A DNA stretch of 64,000 bases from Lama guanicoe (taxonomy: Eukaryota), in contig MU053418.1 of NCBI GenBank assembly GCA_013239625.1, positions 248,001-312,000 on the forward strand. The letters are read 5' to 3'. The notes under the pieces are model-generated. The model did not search any database. It was not told the DNA's origin and saw only the letters and a list, made by a program, of their open reading frames with translations. Each line of letters starts with the position of its first letter. Position 1 is the stretch's first letter. Of the stretch, positions 38,019 through 52,641 are shown in pieces. Both the position numbers and the translations under genes were made by a program.

Positions 38019-40964
38019 TCTAGAGAGTGGTTGTTTGGAAATGAGAGAGGTGGTCCTAGGACAATACCGCTTTTACAAGGTGTGTAAGTCCATTAAATCT
38101 CATCATTAGAGGAGCTTGAGAGGAGCAGTGTGAGTCACATGAAAATTAGAGAGACTCGTTTCCCAGGGATCAAATAAGGAACAGTCTACCATCCATTACT
38201 ACCACGGCGTCAGTGTACTGAGCCCATCATCTCCTAGTACTAGTCTTTTCATACTTCTGTGGTTGTTTTCCTTTCAAAACCATCTTCTGCATCTCTTCAT
38301 TTTCTCACTTTTTCACTGATGTTGCTCAAAACTGTTAACTCTGTGTTCTGTCATTCCTGACTTGATCTTATTTTTAACTGGTTATTTTTTTACCCAAAGG
38401 ATCCAATTTATCTTTCACTAGCCCGACAAATTTGCTCCTTATCAATAAATGAAATTACAGTCTCCTTTCATTGACTATCACAATGCAGTCCTATTCTTTA
38501 TATCTCAGTGTCTTTCTGCTCTTTAGAATGTGTACTAAACCTAATACCATCTTAAATCTTAAATTTCATTTATAAACATTTTCTCTTTTTTCTATAACTT
38601 TTACTATTGTTTGTTTTGCCTTTTCAGAAACTTAATTAAAATTGTACATGTAAAGTATTTGAACTTTGTATGGTGTATAGTATTGGTTTGTTGTTATTAT
38701 TTCACTTATTTTAAGTCAGAGCTCAGTTTTTTGCTAGAACTTAAATGGTCCATATTTTCTAAGTAACCCTAACCCACTAGTAGCTGTAACCCAAAAACTC
38801 AGGCCTGACCATGTGATTGTTGCTTAGGGTTTCTTTCCTTGTTGAGATTTTGTTTTCCCAAAGAGAAGGCCCTTCATACTCTTCCTAATTCTGATATTTT
38901 AATAATTACTTTGTTGCATAACTATGGAGCCAAGTTTAGAAGCAATCACTCTTCTTCATCCATTCAGAGAGCATTCTGTAGTACTTTTCCTAAATGCACA
39001 TTCCCATATTCTGTCCTCGTGTATTACAGTTCATCAGGTACAGGCTGGAAATAATTCACAAGTACATTGCTTTTTAAGAATCATTAATGTACTGTCTCTT
39101 CAATGAGGAAACAGGATTTTGGTAACACTTACCAAGAGCTAGACTGTGACCATGACAAAGGGTGTAGCTTTGAGCAATGGAATTTTTATACAGACAGTAA
39201 CTTCTTCTAAAGGCAGCAAGTGGAAGCTGAAAATGGTAGGGATGTTTTAGAGTTTGTTGGCTTTTGTTTTTAAATATTATTTTTGTGGCTTGTTTTAAAT
39301 TAAAGTAAGTAGACTTTCCTGAAGGATGTCCCAGTCGCAAAGAGAGCCAAGGCTCGTGTAGCTAATTAAGTGATACGTGTGTTGCTGAGAACAAGCAATT
39401 TATTAGAGATTCAGTTAGAGCTGCACAGATTTTTTTTTAATGGACTTGAGGAATTATGATGTGAACTTGTAATGTGAATCCAGTTTTTGATTTGGTTTGT
39501 GTTTGCCAGGATGATAACTATTATCAGTTAGACTTTGGAGCAATGGGCTGTTAGAGATTTCTTCTAACACGTGATTAACATTGCTGCATTGGGTAGCGGT
39601 TGTAAAGTACAGCCAAGAATTTTAATGATAAAGTTTGTTGAAGGTGTCAGAACCATATAGAGAAATGTGTTTATTATGGGTCTCACAAGTAAGTAAAAGC
39701 CAAGATGAGGCTAGATATGAATGCAGAAAACCTTGATGTAAAAGATAAATCTGGATATAAATAAAAGCAGGCTTAAACATCAGTACTGCTTCAAAAACAA
39801 AAGTTGTTTTGGGGAAAAGTAAGCCTGCAGACTGAAGTAACGAAACATATGACTTGATGGCTGGGCCAGCTTCATTAACAGCTGTGACAAAACAAAATGA
39901 ACCTGGGCCTTTTGCAGAGGTGGCCTGTCCCTCATCTGTTTTGTATTTCCTGTTGGACATCTGTGTTGTTGTGAATCACAACTAGATAGAGTCTGGGGTA
40001 CAGCATTGTCGCTTAAAACATGAGGAACTAGGTGCTTTCAGAAATCTATTTTGATGTTGATATTTCAAAGGGGAAAAAAAGAAATGGCAACCTGCAAATT
40101 CCTGTGGATCCTACCACAGTCATCAAACTGTGTGGGGATAAGGACATGTCCAGCTGAAATTGCCCTCTCATACGTTTCTCAAACAGTCTGTTTTCCTTAA
40201 AAAGCAACAACAATAACAGCAAAACTCCCTTGTCGAACTTACCCAGTTCTCAGAGCTTCCTTCTCCCTAAGTGAAGAACTCTCAGAAAATGTCCATCCCT
40301 TGCTCACCATGTTTTGAGTTCATTTCACCTTCTCCAGTCTGCTTCTTTCACGGGAGTTAAAAAAAAAAAATTATTCTTTGTGAGATAAAGGCTAAACTAG
40401 ATCCTAGCATATAGGACTATTCTGAACCTGAGGAAGTTAGTGTTTTCAGAATTTTAGTATGGTGTTGATGTGCAGAGTAGAAGCAAGTACTCCAGCAGTA
40501 ATATCCCCCTCCCCCCCACCCCAGTAATCAGTGTATGAGGGGATTAGGGCTAAACTCTGTTCTATCATAGTTCATCCTTTGAAAGCATCCTTCGGTCTCC
40601 TAATCTTTAGTGTCACTTTATTCAGTGTTTACTGTCTCCATTGGGTTCACTCCATTCTCTGAGAATCAGCCACTCTCCAGTTCCCTAGGCTTTGAATTTT
40701 ATTTCACCTTTGTCCAGTTTTGAAGGTTATATTTATAAAGTAAATGGCATTGCCACTTTGCTTTCCCTGTTTCCACTGCAGCAGGTATTTATTTTCCACT
40801 CAAACCAGAAGGACAAAGGAAATGTATACATGGATTTAGTTCACACCAGGAAACTAAGCCCAAAACAATAGAAGTGACTACATAATAGGACATCTGTGTG
40901 AAAGTCCCATTCCATTGGAAGTGTACTAGGATTCACAAGATGTGGTTATTTTTCTCATTTCTAG

Positions 40965-42460
40965 AAGACTGGAAAGTTGATGACCTGATAGAGAGCAGCC
41001 AGGAAAATCAAGATGAACATTTTTGGCAACTTGCTTTCACCACCAACAAAAAGTTAAGTACAAATAGTGGAGATAGAGTAAGAAAAACTTTCAGTCTAGG
41101 TACAGACTCCGTTCCTTCAAGACATTTTCTGTGTAAGATATGTGACTCATGTGAAATGAGTTTGAAGAACATTTCAGGCTTAATTATTAACAGAAAGAAC
41201 TATTCTGGAAAGAAGTCGGATGAGTTTAATGTATATGAGAAGTTACTCCTTGACATTAGGCATGAGAAAACTACTGGAGGGAGATCTTATAAATATAATC
41301 AAAAAAGGAATGTCCTCCATCATAGCCCAGATCTCACTCAGCCTATTTTTAACCAGCCTTTTGAGTATAATGAAAATGGACAAGGCTTCCATGGGGAGGC
41401 AGCCTTTTTCACAAACAAGAAAGCTCAGAGAGGAGAGACACTCTGTAAATATAATGAATGTGGAAGAACCTTCATCCAAAGTTTGAAGCTCAATTTATCT
41501 CAGAGAACTCATTTGGAAATGGAGCCATATGAATGCAGTATTTGTGGGAAGTCCTTCTTCGTGGATTTAAGATTGGGACATCAGAGAGCTCTTACAGGGG
41601 ACAATCCTTATGAATATGATGAATATGGGCAAATTTTCTGTGACAATTCAACTTTCATTATCCCTCAGGGAACTTACCCAAGAAAAATCCCCCATGAATA
41701 TAAAATAAGTCACAAAACATGGGAAAAGTCAGCCCTCTTTAAACATCAGATAGTACACATGGGGGAGAAACCTTATCAGCACAATGAAAATGGAAATACT
41801 TCCAACAAGAAGTCACACCTCACCCAGCTTCGAAGAGCTCACTCAGGAGAAAAAACGTTCGAATGTGGTGAATGTGGGAAGACATTCTGGGAGAAGTCAA
41901 ACCTCACTCAACATCAGCGAACACATACAGGAGAGAAACCCTATGAATGTTCTGAATGTGGGAAATCCTTTTGTCAGAAACCACATCTTACCAACCATCA
42001 GCGAACGCACACAGGAGAGAAACCCTATGAATGTAAGCAGTGTGGGAAAACATTCTGTGTGAAGTCAAACCTCACTGAACATCAGAGAACCCACACAGGG
42101 GAGAAACCCTATGAATGCAACGCATGTGGAAAATCCTTCTGCCACAGGTCAGCCCTAACTGTACATCAGAGAACACACACAGGAGAGAAACCCTTTATCT
42201 GTAATGAATGTGGGAAATCCTTCTGTGTAAAGTCAAACCTCATTGTGCATCAAAGAACTCACACAGGGGAGAAACCTTATAAATGTAATGAGTGTGGGAA
42301 AACCTTCTGTGAGAAATCAGCTCTCACTAAACATCAGAGGACTCACACAGGGGAGAAACCCTATGAGTGTAGTGGATGTGGGAAAACCTTCAGTCAGAGG
42401 TCAGTGCTCACGAAACATCAGAGGATTCACACCAGGGTGAAAGCACTCTCAGCGTCCTGA
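40965..42460 (+). CDS. ZNF248: ZNF248 last coding exon: spacer, degenerate fingers and 7 intact C2H2 fingers
   Basis: Acceptor ctcatttctag| at 40964, open to TGA at 42458-42460. Seven C-x2-C-x12-H-x3-H fingers with TGEKP linkers at 41858-42430. C-terminus HTRVKALSAS and the spacer match recalled ZNF248. Spliced CDS 15+127+96+1496=1734 nt (577 aa). Confidence 0.95.
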
Positions 42461-43102
42461 ACGTCCAGAAGCCTTCATCCACGCATTCAGATTCGTTATA
42501 CAGTTTTTTAAAATGAGATTACTGAAACCCAAAGAAGGCCACACATTATTAGAAAGTTACGTTTTGTTGTACTTCAAACAGTTACTACTAGAATAAAGCC
42601 TTATTAATGTTTTGAATATGTGAAAGCTTCCAAGAAAAGTTACAACTTTTCACCAGAAAATTTGTATTGAGGGGAAATCCATTGAAGTCATGTGATAAAA
42701 ATCTTCATGCAGAATTGATGTTGTGTAGGATTGTATTCCAGATGTGATACCAAAATTTTATTGTAACTGTAATGGATGCTATTGCTTTATACTCATGTTC
42801 ACAGTGGAATCTGGAGTTCAAAAAAGTTAAATGACAACAGGATTAAACATTTATGTGAGGAGTCCCTGATGTTTGCAGGCCTTATGTGAGTGTGCTAATG
42901 TAACAGAAATTTGAGGTGTCCTTGATTTGTATATTAGAGCCCAACGTGCTTGTGAAGAGAAAATCTGAACCCTTAGTTAAGTAACTATTCTGGCCTATAT
43001 TAATATTTCCCACATTATTTACTACCAGTGTCTTTATAGGTGGATATAACTATATATTGGTTTATATGTATTTGTAAATATATTTATATGCACGTACCAA
43101 CA

Positions 43103-43524
43103 CACAGGAATCTGCTGCAGTCGGCTCATACTGGCTTGCAAGTACTGCTGATTATTAAATTTTCAGGAATTTTGCGAGCCCGTTGTTAAACATAGTCATT
43201 GTTTGAAAATTAAACTGTATAAACTTACAGTTAAATTATATTAAGAACAAAGGTAATACGTAGTCAGCCCTTCCTAATTCTTTTACAGTATTTTGTTATC
43301 ATCTTAGTTCTCTGGGTTATTTGTGTTGTTGAATCTGCACGGTGAAACTACCGTATGACGACCTGTCACTACACCTCTCTTCCCAGCTCTACTTTCAGTG
43401 CCATTGTGTTGGTAGCTTGGCTTTAGTGAGAGTATTTACACTGTGGAAATTGGCAGACTTTACAAATCAGGATCTCTGTTTTCTCAGAGAACCTGTTTTC
43501 AGATATTTACAGCAGTACACCACT
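43103..43524. mobile_element. MER63-like hAT-Blackjack element in the ZNF248 3' region
   Basis: attttcaggaattttgcgagcccgttgttaaac... and terminal tatttacagcagtacaccactg. Confidence 0.7.
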
Positions 43525-44199
43525 GTATACATGAAAATACATTTGGAAAATTTTAAGTACAAGCCACATACCCCTTCTCCTGTTTCGTGACATAAATAAA
43601 TGGCTAGGGCCATCGCTGCTGAATGGCCTCTTCAATAAAGAAGCCAAAATATGTTTTTGTGAGGTTTTTAACTACCTCTGCATCAGTCCTATTCTAAATA
43701 CGACCAGCGTCCCTCTGTAGTGTGGCCAGGATATTCTGTTTTACAACCATATCCCTCCCCTTTCCTCTGACTTTGCTGGCATACAAGAATGAGTATGACT
43801 ATTGGTACTGAGCTTCCACTTCCGTAAAGCCAAATAATATTTTTCTGAGGTTATTCAGCTGTCTCGGGTCAGTCGATAATGTAAGTGCTGTTAATCACAA
43901 CCATATTTACATAGATTTTGCAAAGATTAACATCAGTTACGAGCAGTAACACCCCCTGCATTCTACAAATAAAATGTAGTGGTATGTAATGAAATGCTCC
44001 TGTCATATGCTTGGTGTTTCATTGCTGTAGCTATTTAGGCATGATGTGTGTAACCCAAGTTGTGTGTAACCCAGGAACTGTATTTGTATTTAATTTAATG
44101 GAGTGTAATATACTGTCTCCCCCTCCTTTGTCCTGTGGTTTCCTTTGCTTCCTTGGAACACCTTGATAAGCAGTTTCAAGAGACATTGCCCACCCTACA

Positions 44200-45120
44200 G
44201 CCATTCCCTACTTCGTATTTGCTGGGCTCTGTGTTCTCTGTGTCTGGCCTTCCCCCAGATGATTTAGGGTTAAACCCAGGTTAGTCCAAGTCATTCATGA
44301 AGACTCTATTCTAATGATTTTGTTGGGGTCAATGTGTGAGCAGTGAGATGTTTGGAAACTATTCTGTTGTGATTCTGGGAAAGATCTCAGTGATAAAATT
44401 CTATGGTGACATGAGAAGAGATTGTCTCTCTCCTGGACTTCTTCATGTCCATATGTCACACTAGATTATAGCTTGTGTCTCTAAAGGGCAATAGTCTGAA
44501 GATGACAGTCCACAAGATGGGAAAAGCCTGGCTCAGAGGTGACATCATTGAGCTGCACAGCTCTGTCCAGGCCTGCTCTCCACTAGGACGTTGTATCACT
44601 GTGGCAATAGTGGCTTCTTATTTATTCTTAGGGCTGTCTTTTATTCAGAGCTGAAGGCTTTTCCCTGATACAGATGAATTCTTTTCTAAGTGTTAATGTT
44701 CTATGCAGCACTTTTAGGGAAGAATTTTTCCTTAACGACAATATAAGGATGGCTGTTTATATCAGCCATGGTTCTGGTGAAAAACAGAATTCTACTCTAA
44801 CTAAGAAGATTTTAATGGTAGGCTTATTATGGTGGTTTGGGCCAGAAACAAGGAATAATGAAGCACCCAGAGACTAGCATCACCAGGAAGACATTACCAT
44901 TCTCAGTCCTTAAGGGGAAGAGGGTGGAAGCAAGTGTCACAGAGCCTGACAGGAGCTGCTCTCATGGAGGAGGGACCACCTCATAGGAGGTGTTGTCACT
45001 AGTGAAACTGTGGCACCAAATTGCTGGAACCCAACCAGATGCTGCATGCAGGTGAGCCCAAGTGGGCATTGAGAAGGTAGAGGGGAAGGTCTGGGTGAAG
45101 CCATTGGAAAATAAGCAGCA
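44200..45120. mobile_element. Old MaLR/ERVL-type LTR fragments
   Basis: MLT-like segments (gtgacatcattgagctgcac...; gcacccagagactagc). Confidence 0.4.
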
Positions 45121-47603
45121 CCGTGTTTTTATCCCTGTAAATTCCTGTGTGAAGGATCAGTCTTAGAAATAAAGTTCTTCTACTAGTTGAAAGTTAAATG
45201 TTTCCGCTTCATTGTGCTTTTGTGTTGTCACAATAAACCCCGTTTGGAACCAAGCACTGTGGCAAGTATGTCTCTTCCTTTGACGTGTGTGAAGCAGACA
45301 TGTTAAATTATTCATATATCCTTCCATGATGTTTCTTGTTACATGTGGTAGGAGGTTGGCAGCTCTCTGTTATTCCAAATAAATAGCCAGTTCTCCCTGC
45401 ACTGTTTGATTAATTTGTCCTTTTTCTTGTTCACTTGATGTGACGCTTTTATTATGTACTTAAAGATTTTGAAGGGGCTATTAGAACTTTTCTGTATTCT
45501 TCTAGTAATAAAACCTGTTATTCTGAGCACAGAGTTGGCATTTACCCCAGATGACACCATTTCTTCCTGGCCCCACATTTGCACTCATCCAGAAATGATC
45601 CTTTGTTACAAAACAGGCCAATGAGAAGCCATCCTAGAATATTTTTATTGAGAAGTCATCGTGACCAGGTAGTCTGTGTCCTTGCTGCTACCACCAGCCA
45701 TATCAAGAAAATATATCTGCAAGGGAGATGATGTGGTGATGTTATAAAAATAAAGTAAAATATGAAAAATTGTCAGAAAGATGGTTTGATTTTAGGTAGT
45801 GTGGAGAGGGAAATGGGGAAGCCAGAGTGGAGAGAATGAGCCATTTGGATAGCTGGGGTGTGTGTGTGTGAGAGTGTGTGATACATATACATGTATCACC
45901 TGTTTTTTTAGAATTCAGCCCATTTTCTGTCTTGAACTTGGCCTCTGCTTACCTGGTATGTCCTGTCACTTCGTATCCAGCCTATGCTTGGCAGGGAAAG
46001 GTGGCAGCCTTTAGCCTCTTGGAGGACTCAACCCATGCATATCCTAGCTGTCTTCAGCCACTACCCCTATTTATTGTTGCCAGTTGGAGACATAGCCTCT
46101 GTAGTTACCCAGAACCTACCCCTTTATCTCTGTGTTTCTGGGGAAGACTTAGCCTGTTGAATTCCTGTCACTGTCACTGAATCATCTGCCACTCAGTTAC
46201 CAAACACTGCATAATCTCAAATTCCTTCCTTTTATGTGAGGAGCTCAGCCTCCCTTCTCCCAGCCTGCCCTTCCTCTCACACTCAGGCTTCTCTTTCAGA
46301 CAGTGAGGAACTGAGGTCTACTCTTAAACATTACTTTTGAGAGCGAGTTCCCATCAAAATGTCAATAACGTCCTGTATTACATGCAAAATTATAAATGCT
46401 ATTTCCAAATCCTATTTTGTTGCCTAGAATTAGATCATCTTAGAGTGATTGGCAGGCTGTATCTGTAATTGCTACTTAAGAGAAATAAACCGTATCATTT
46501 TAATGCTCTATGAATGAACAACTATTACTGATATTTATGGGTTTTTGGAGGTTCTTCACTTGATTTGGTGGTATGTGTAGCTAGTCTATGTTATTATAGT
46601 TAAAAGCATTTAAAAATTCCTGTAAAAGTGTATCCAAGAGTTTTAAAACTGCTAATGTCAGTGATAGTGATGAAAAACATATCTCAACATCGTTAACTGT
46701 AGAAGAGCAGTCAAATACTGTGGAAGCTTGTGAAGAACTTTAACCATGAAACACGGTGCAGCTGGTGTATTAGGTAATACTGAGAAAATAATGCTCAGAA
46801 AGTACAAATAAAGTGACTTTCATATATCACAGGAGTCACAGACTTAATCTCTCTGAGATGTGTTCTTCAATTTTACTTAAATGGGAAAAGTAATGGGGAA
46901 AAAAAATACTGCTCTGGATTGTAGTTTTATCTGTGGTGTTTGGGTAGGTATGGTTTGGCTTCTTGTATTTCAACATTCTTTTTGGATACATACAATATTA
47001 GGATTTTATATATACATAGAGAACTCCATATTTCACTTCACAATGTGTGATTATTGTGATTAAGATTTTCCCACTTTTTCTGCCTTTCCACAATCATTTT
47101 TAATGACTACCTAGAATTCCATCTTCCAGATCAATACCTGTACCCCACCGATGCTCACTTAGGATAGCTTCCAGTATTTTTACTATCATAAATAACACTG
47201 TAGAGGAACACCTTTGAGCATAAATCTTGCTCTACTGGTCCAAGTTTTCTTCTGAGAATTTCTTTCTTAAAGTGTAATTTCTGGTTTAAAAGGTAAATTC
47301 ACTTTCAGTTCTGATGAAATTGACTCACGAAAGTCTATATGAATTTAACTCCCATCGAAAGTTAAGAAATGTGATTTCCCTAAATCATTCCCACAGTGGA
47401 TCCTGTTCTTTTTACAGTTTCTCCTTATTTATATGATGTAATGAAATATTTCTTAAGCTGATTTTCTAGACACACTGAACAATTTAATGCTATTTATTCA
47501 TTGTTCATCTTCAATTTCTTACTATTGGCTCATGTCCTTAGCTGCATTTTAATTAATATGCTTATCATTTCATAATAGTTGGTCATAAAACTATTACAGT
47601 ACT

Positions 47604-47768
47604 GGGGGGAGGGTATAGCTTAAATGGTAGAGAGCATTCTTAGCATGCATGAGGTCCTGGGTTCAATCCTGAATACCTCCTCCCAATGTAAATAAATAAA
47701 CCTAATTACCTCCCCCTAATAAAAAAGCCCTTTCCAAAAAAGGAAAATGTGTGCTTAAAAAAAAAAAA
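47604..47768 (+). mobile_element. tRNA-Ala-derived SINE (camelid Vic-1 type), second copy
   Basis: ggagggtatagcttaaatggtagag...ttagcatgcatgaggtcctgggttcaatcc; shares the tail aaataaataaacctaatta with the 9016 copy; imperfect TSD tacagtact/tacagtatt. Confidence 0.88.
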
Positions 47769-47813
47769 GACTACAGTATTCTCTTGGTTTATGTGCTCTT
47801 TGTACTATGAATC

Positions 47814-47816
<3 letters not shown>

Positions 47817-47851
<35 letters not shown>

Positions 47852-47900
47852 TATAAATATACATATAAATTATATATAAAATTACATAATTAAAAATATA
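47817..47900. repeat. (AT)n microsatellite and AT-rich low complexity
   Basis: Seen directly in sequence. Confidence 0.9.
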
Positions 47901-48979
47901 TTTTACCCCTTTTTATAGCAACAGTGAAAACTACACACAGTTGCTTTTTTCACTTTATATTATTCCATGTCAGCATGATATTCTTTCTCATTTTGGGGGA
48001 ATACACTCTAAAATTTGCCTATGGACGGATTTTTTTTTTGAGGTTCAGAATTCATAAATTTAAACTTAAAAAATTTGTCCCTATAATTGGTGTCATGCAT
48101 TCTCAACATTACAATTATGAAATTCTCATAATTTTTGAGAAAATTGATAGTTTAAATTTTATATTTCAATTAAGAATCCACATAAAAATATACTCATAAT
48201 ACATGAGGTAGACCTCTACTCTTACTATGCTATCTAGAGAGATAACTCCAACACCATTTATTAAATAGGCTCATTTCTCTCCACTTTTTTGAAACACCAC
48301 CATTATCACATACTAAACTGTTAACCCAATCTTAGGACTTGACGTGTTTTTACTGACTCAAAACGAAAATATTTAGATCATAGCCATTAAAGACATAACT
48401 TCAGATAAACTTCAGTCTGCATTTTCACAAATTGTTTGGCTCTTCCCATTATTCCACATAAAATTTACATTTTTCTTGCAACAGAACAAAAAATGTGAAA
48501 ATACAAACTTTGTTGAGATCTTGTTTGCAATATTGTACCATAATATACTCCATCTTTTTATTCAGGAAAATGATTTGTACCTCTTATTACTCAAGTCTTT
48601 TAAACTATTGTTGAGTAATGTTTAATAATTTCATACAGACTCTTTTTTATGTCTAGATATTTTTTTCTTTGAACTTGTAAACCTCTTGACTATATTACCA
48701 TCATGGACATAAGGGAGACACTATACTATTAAAATGTATTAACTAATAAAGATATTCATGATATACTCAATGAAAATACAGTTACACAGCATTATGCCCT
48801 TTGTAGAAAAGTCAGAGTTGGTGCTTAAAGTTAACTTTGAGAGGAGGGGTCTTCTTTTGGATTGTATTTCTTTTTTAGATTTTTTTCCATTTTTGTTTAA
48901 TAGTTATGTAATTTTTCCAATCTCACATATTTTGCAAGGAGAAACTCTGGTGATCATGGATATAACATAAATGCTTGTG

Positions 48980-51900
48980 GGCCTGGATTCAGCCATATTG
49001 CAAGTCACTGGCCTGCACCACTGGGCTCACTAGCATCTAGCCCCACTGCCTGCTGTGGACTTGTGACAATATCCTACAGCCATAGGTGTTCAGGGCAACA
49101 GAGCCCCATTAACTGCTTCTGTGCCCAGATTCAACCATCACTTGTCACTGGTCTGCACCACTGGGTTCACCCACAGTTATCCCTCCAGCTATGTGCCTGC
49201 ATGCTCCTGGCCTGACTCCCTTCATTGACCTCACTGCCATGCATGTGCCTGTAAAGAGATCCTGCAGCCACAGGAGTGCACACGAGCAGCCAGGGCCCTA
49301 CAGAAGCCAGTGTGCCCACAGTTGGCCCAGGCCCTTGTTGCTGGCCCTGGTCCTCACCACTATGTTTGTGTCTGCAACCAACCCCTGCCACTTCAGAAGC
49401 AACTGGAGCTGAGTGTATGCACACTACTGGCTCTGGCCACCACTGTGGCCTGCCCTGGTCCCTAGCCACTGGACTGGAGGTGCTAGTGACAAACCTATCA
49501 ATGTTTACAGCCACTGAGGATCCCCCACAGCACTGACCAAGGACCATACAGTTCCCAATGCCCTGGACCCCATGGCCTGCACCAATGAGACATCATGTGC
49601 CCCCTCCCCCAAGCCACAGCTAGCACACACCCCAGCTTTTGGCACTCTGATCCACTAGACCTGCATCACAGAACATTCTGGAATGTCCCCACGCACAGGT
49701 GATGGCCTTTCCTTACTAAAGTCAGTCCATAAAGTTTGGAAGAGGTGATTGCTTGTTCATATGCACAGACACTTATACAGGGATCATGAAAAATTAGAGA
49801 AATATGACAGCACCAAAGGAACACAGTAAACTCAGTAACTGACCCCAAAGAGATAGATTCATGATTTGCCTGACAAAGAATTCTAAATAATTGTTCTAAA
49901 TATGCTCAGAGACTCCTCAAAAAAACTAAAAATAGACTTACCATATGATCCAGCAATCCCATTCATGGGCATATATCTGGAGGGAACTCTATTTTGAAAA
50001 GATACATGTACCCCAGTGTTCATAGCAGTACTATATACAATAGTCAAGACATGGAAACAACCTAAGTGTCCATCTACAGATTACTGGATAGAAGTTGTGG
50101 TGTATTTATATAATGGAATACTACATAAAAAAGAAATTAATGCCATCTGCAGCAACATGATTGGAGCTGGAGATTATTGTTCTAAGTGCAGTAAGCCAGA
50201 AAAAGAAAAATGCTGTATGATATCACTTATATATGGACTCTAAAAAGAAAGAAGTAGATACTAATGAACTTATCCACAAAACAGAAAAAGACACAGATAG
50301 TAAGCAAACTTACGGTTACTAGAGGGAAAGGGAGTGGGAAGGGATAAATTGGGAGTTCAGGATTTGCAAATATTGACTACTATATAAAAATAGATAAACA
50401 AGAAGTTTCTTCTATATAGCACAGGGAACTATATTCAATATCTTGTAATAACCTATGATGAAAAAGAATATGAAAATATATGTATATATATGTATGTCTG
50501 AAACATTATATTGTACACCAGAAATTGATATATTGTAAACTGACTATACTTCAATTAAAAAATAAAAATGAACAATATTGTGACTAAAACAAATGCTCAG
50601 AGAGCTACAAGAAAACATAGATTAAGAATTTAATGAAATCAGGAAAATAGTACAGAAAAAAATGAGAAGTTCAACAAAGAGAAAACAAAAAACAAAATTT
50701 TAGCTGAACAGCACAATGACTGAAGAATTCAATAGCTTCACAGGCAGACTAGACCATAAAGAAGGAAGAATAAGTGAGCCCAAAAAATGATCACTTGTAA
50801 GTTATTCAGTTAGAGGAGCAAAAAGAAAAAATGAATGAAAAGGAATGAAGGAAGACTATAGGACTAGACTACTGGGACACCATGAAGTGAAACAATATAT
50901 GCATCACTGGAGTCCCAGGAGAAGAAGGAGAAAGGGCCAGAAAGTTAAAAGAAATAATGGCTGGGAACTTCCCAAACTCAGAGAGAGATTTGGACATCCA
51001 GGTCCATGAAGCTAATAGGTCACCCCATAATTTCAATCCAAAATAATCTTTCCCAAGGCATATTATAATAAAATTGTCAAAAATCAAAGAGATAATTTCA
51101 AAAATAGAAAAAATTTTCTCTCTTACAAAGAAACCATCACAAAGCTAGATTTTCAACAGAATCCTTGTAGGCCGGAAGTGAGTAGGATAATATATTCAAA
51201 GTGCTGAAAGAAAAAAAAACTGCCAATCAAAAATACTTTACCCAGCAAAGATGTCCTTCATAAACAAAGGCAAGATATTTCCCGAACAAAAACTGAGGGA
51301 GTTAATCTCCACTAGACCTGCCTTACAAGGAATGCTGGAATGAGTTATTCAAGCAGAAACAAAAGGGTGCTAATTAGTAACATGAAAATATACAACATTC
51401 TGGTAAATGTAAGTATTCCAAGTCAGACTTAGGATACCCTAACACTATAATATGGTGATGTGTTAACCACTTAACTCTCATATAAAGCTTAAAGGACAAA
51501 AGCATTAAAATAGCTATGGCTGCAATAATTAAATGGATATATAATACAAAAAGTGTAAATTGACATCAGCATCATAAAATGGGTGATTTTTAAAAGTATA
51601 GCTTTTGGATTGAAGTTAAGTTGTTTTGAGCATAAAATAAACTGTTATATCAGTAAGATGTTTTAAGTAAGCTTCATGGTAACCACAAAGCCAAAACCTC
51701 AGTAGATACACCCCAGATAAAGAGAAGAGAATTAAAGTATACTTTATTCAAAAGAATGAAATTGGACTGTGTATCTTTATGCAAAAGAGTGAAATTGGAC
51801 CCCTATCTTACACCACTCACAAAAATTAAAATGGATAAGAATCTTAAACATTAACTCTTGAAACTGTGATACTCCCAGAAGAATACTTAGAGAAAGAGCT

Positions 51901-52596
51901 CCTTGACACTAGCAAAGTTTTTTTGGATAATGACACCTAAAGCACAAGCAACAAAAGCAAAAATTAACAAGTAGGACTGCATCATGCCAAAAACCTTCTG
52001 CACAACAGAGGAAACAGAATGAAACAGCAACATATGGAATGGGAGAAAATATCTGCAAGCCATATATCTGGTAAAGGGTTGATAACCAAAATACATTAGG
52101 AACTGATAAAACACAATGGAAAAAAAACCCAAACAATTTATTTTAAAATGGGCAGAGGAACTGCATGGACATTTCTCCAAAAAAAGACATACAAATGGCC
52201 AACAAGTACATAAAAAGGTGCTCAACATCACTAGGCATCAGAGAAAATCAAAACCACCGTGGCATATCACCTCACACCTGTTAGAAAGATGCTTATCAAA
52301 AAGACAGTTAACAAATGTTGGTGAGGAAGTAGAGAAAATGGTCCTCTGGTGCACTGCTGGTGGGAATGTACAGTGGTAAGGCTACTATGGGAAACAATAC
52401 AGAGATTCATCAGAAAGTTAAAGATAGAATTACCATATGATCCAGAAATCGCCCTCAGTATGTATCCAAAGAAAATGAAATCACTATCCCAAAGAGATAC
52501 CGACACCCCCCATGTTCATTGCAGCTTTATTCACAATAGCCAAGATATAAAAACAACCTAGATATCCACTGACAGATGAATAGATAGAGGGAAAAA

Positions 52597-52641
<45 letters not shown>

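Noticed and set aside
40898..40964. ORF-track start of a 520-aa intronless protein
   Set aside because: Begins at a GTG in intron sequence; the real exon starts at the 40965 acceptor and joins the upstream KRAB exons.
41858..42430. 84-bp periodic repeats resembling a repeat-spacer array
   Set aside because: This is the C2H2 finger/TGEKP linker periodicity, not CRISPR; the DNA is eukaryotic.
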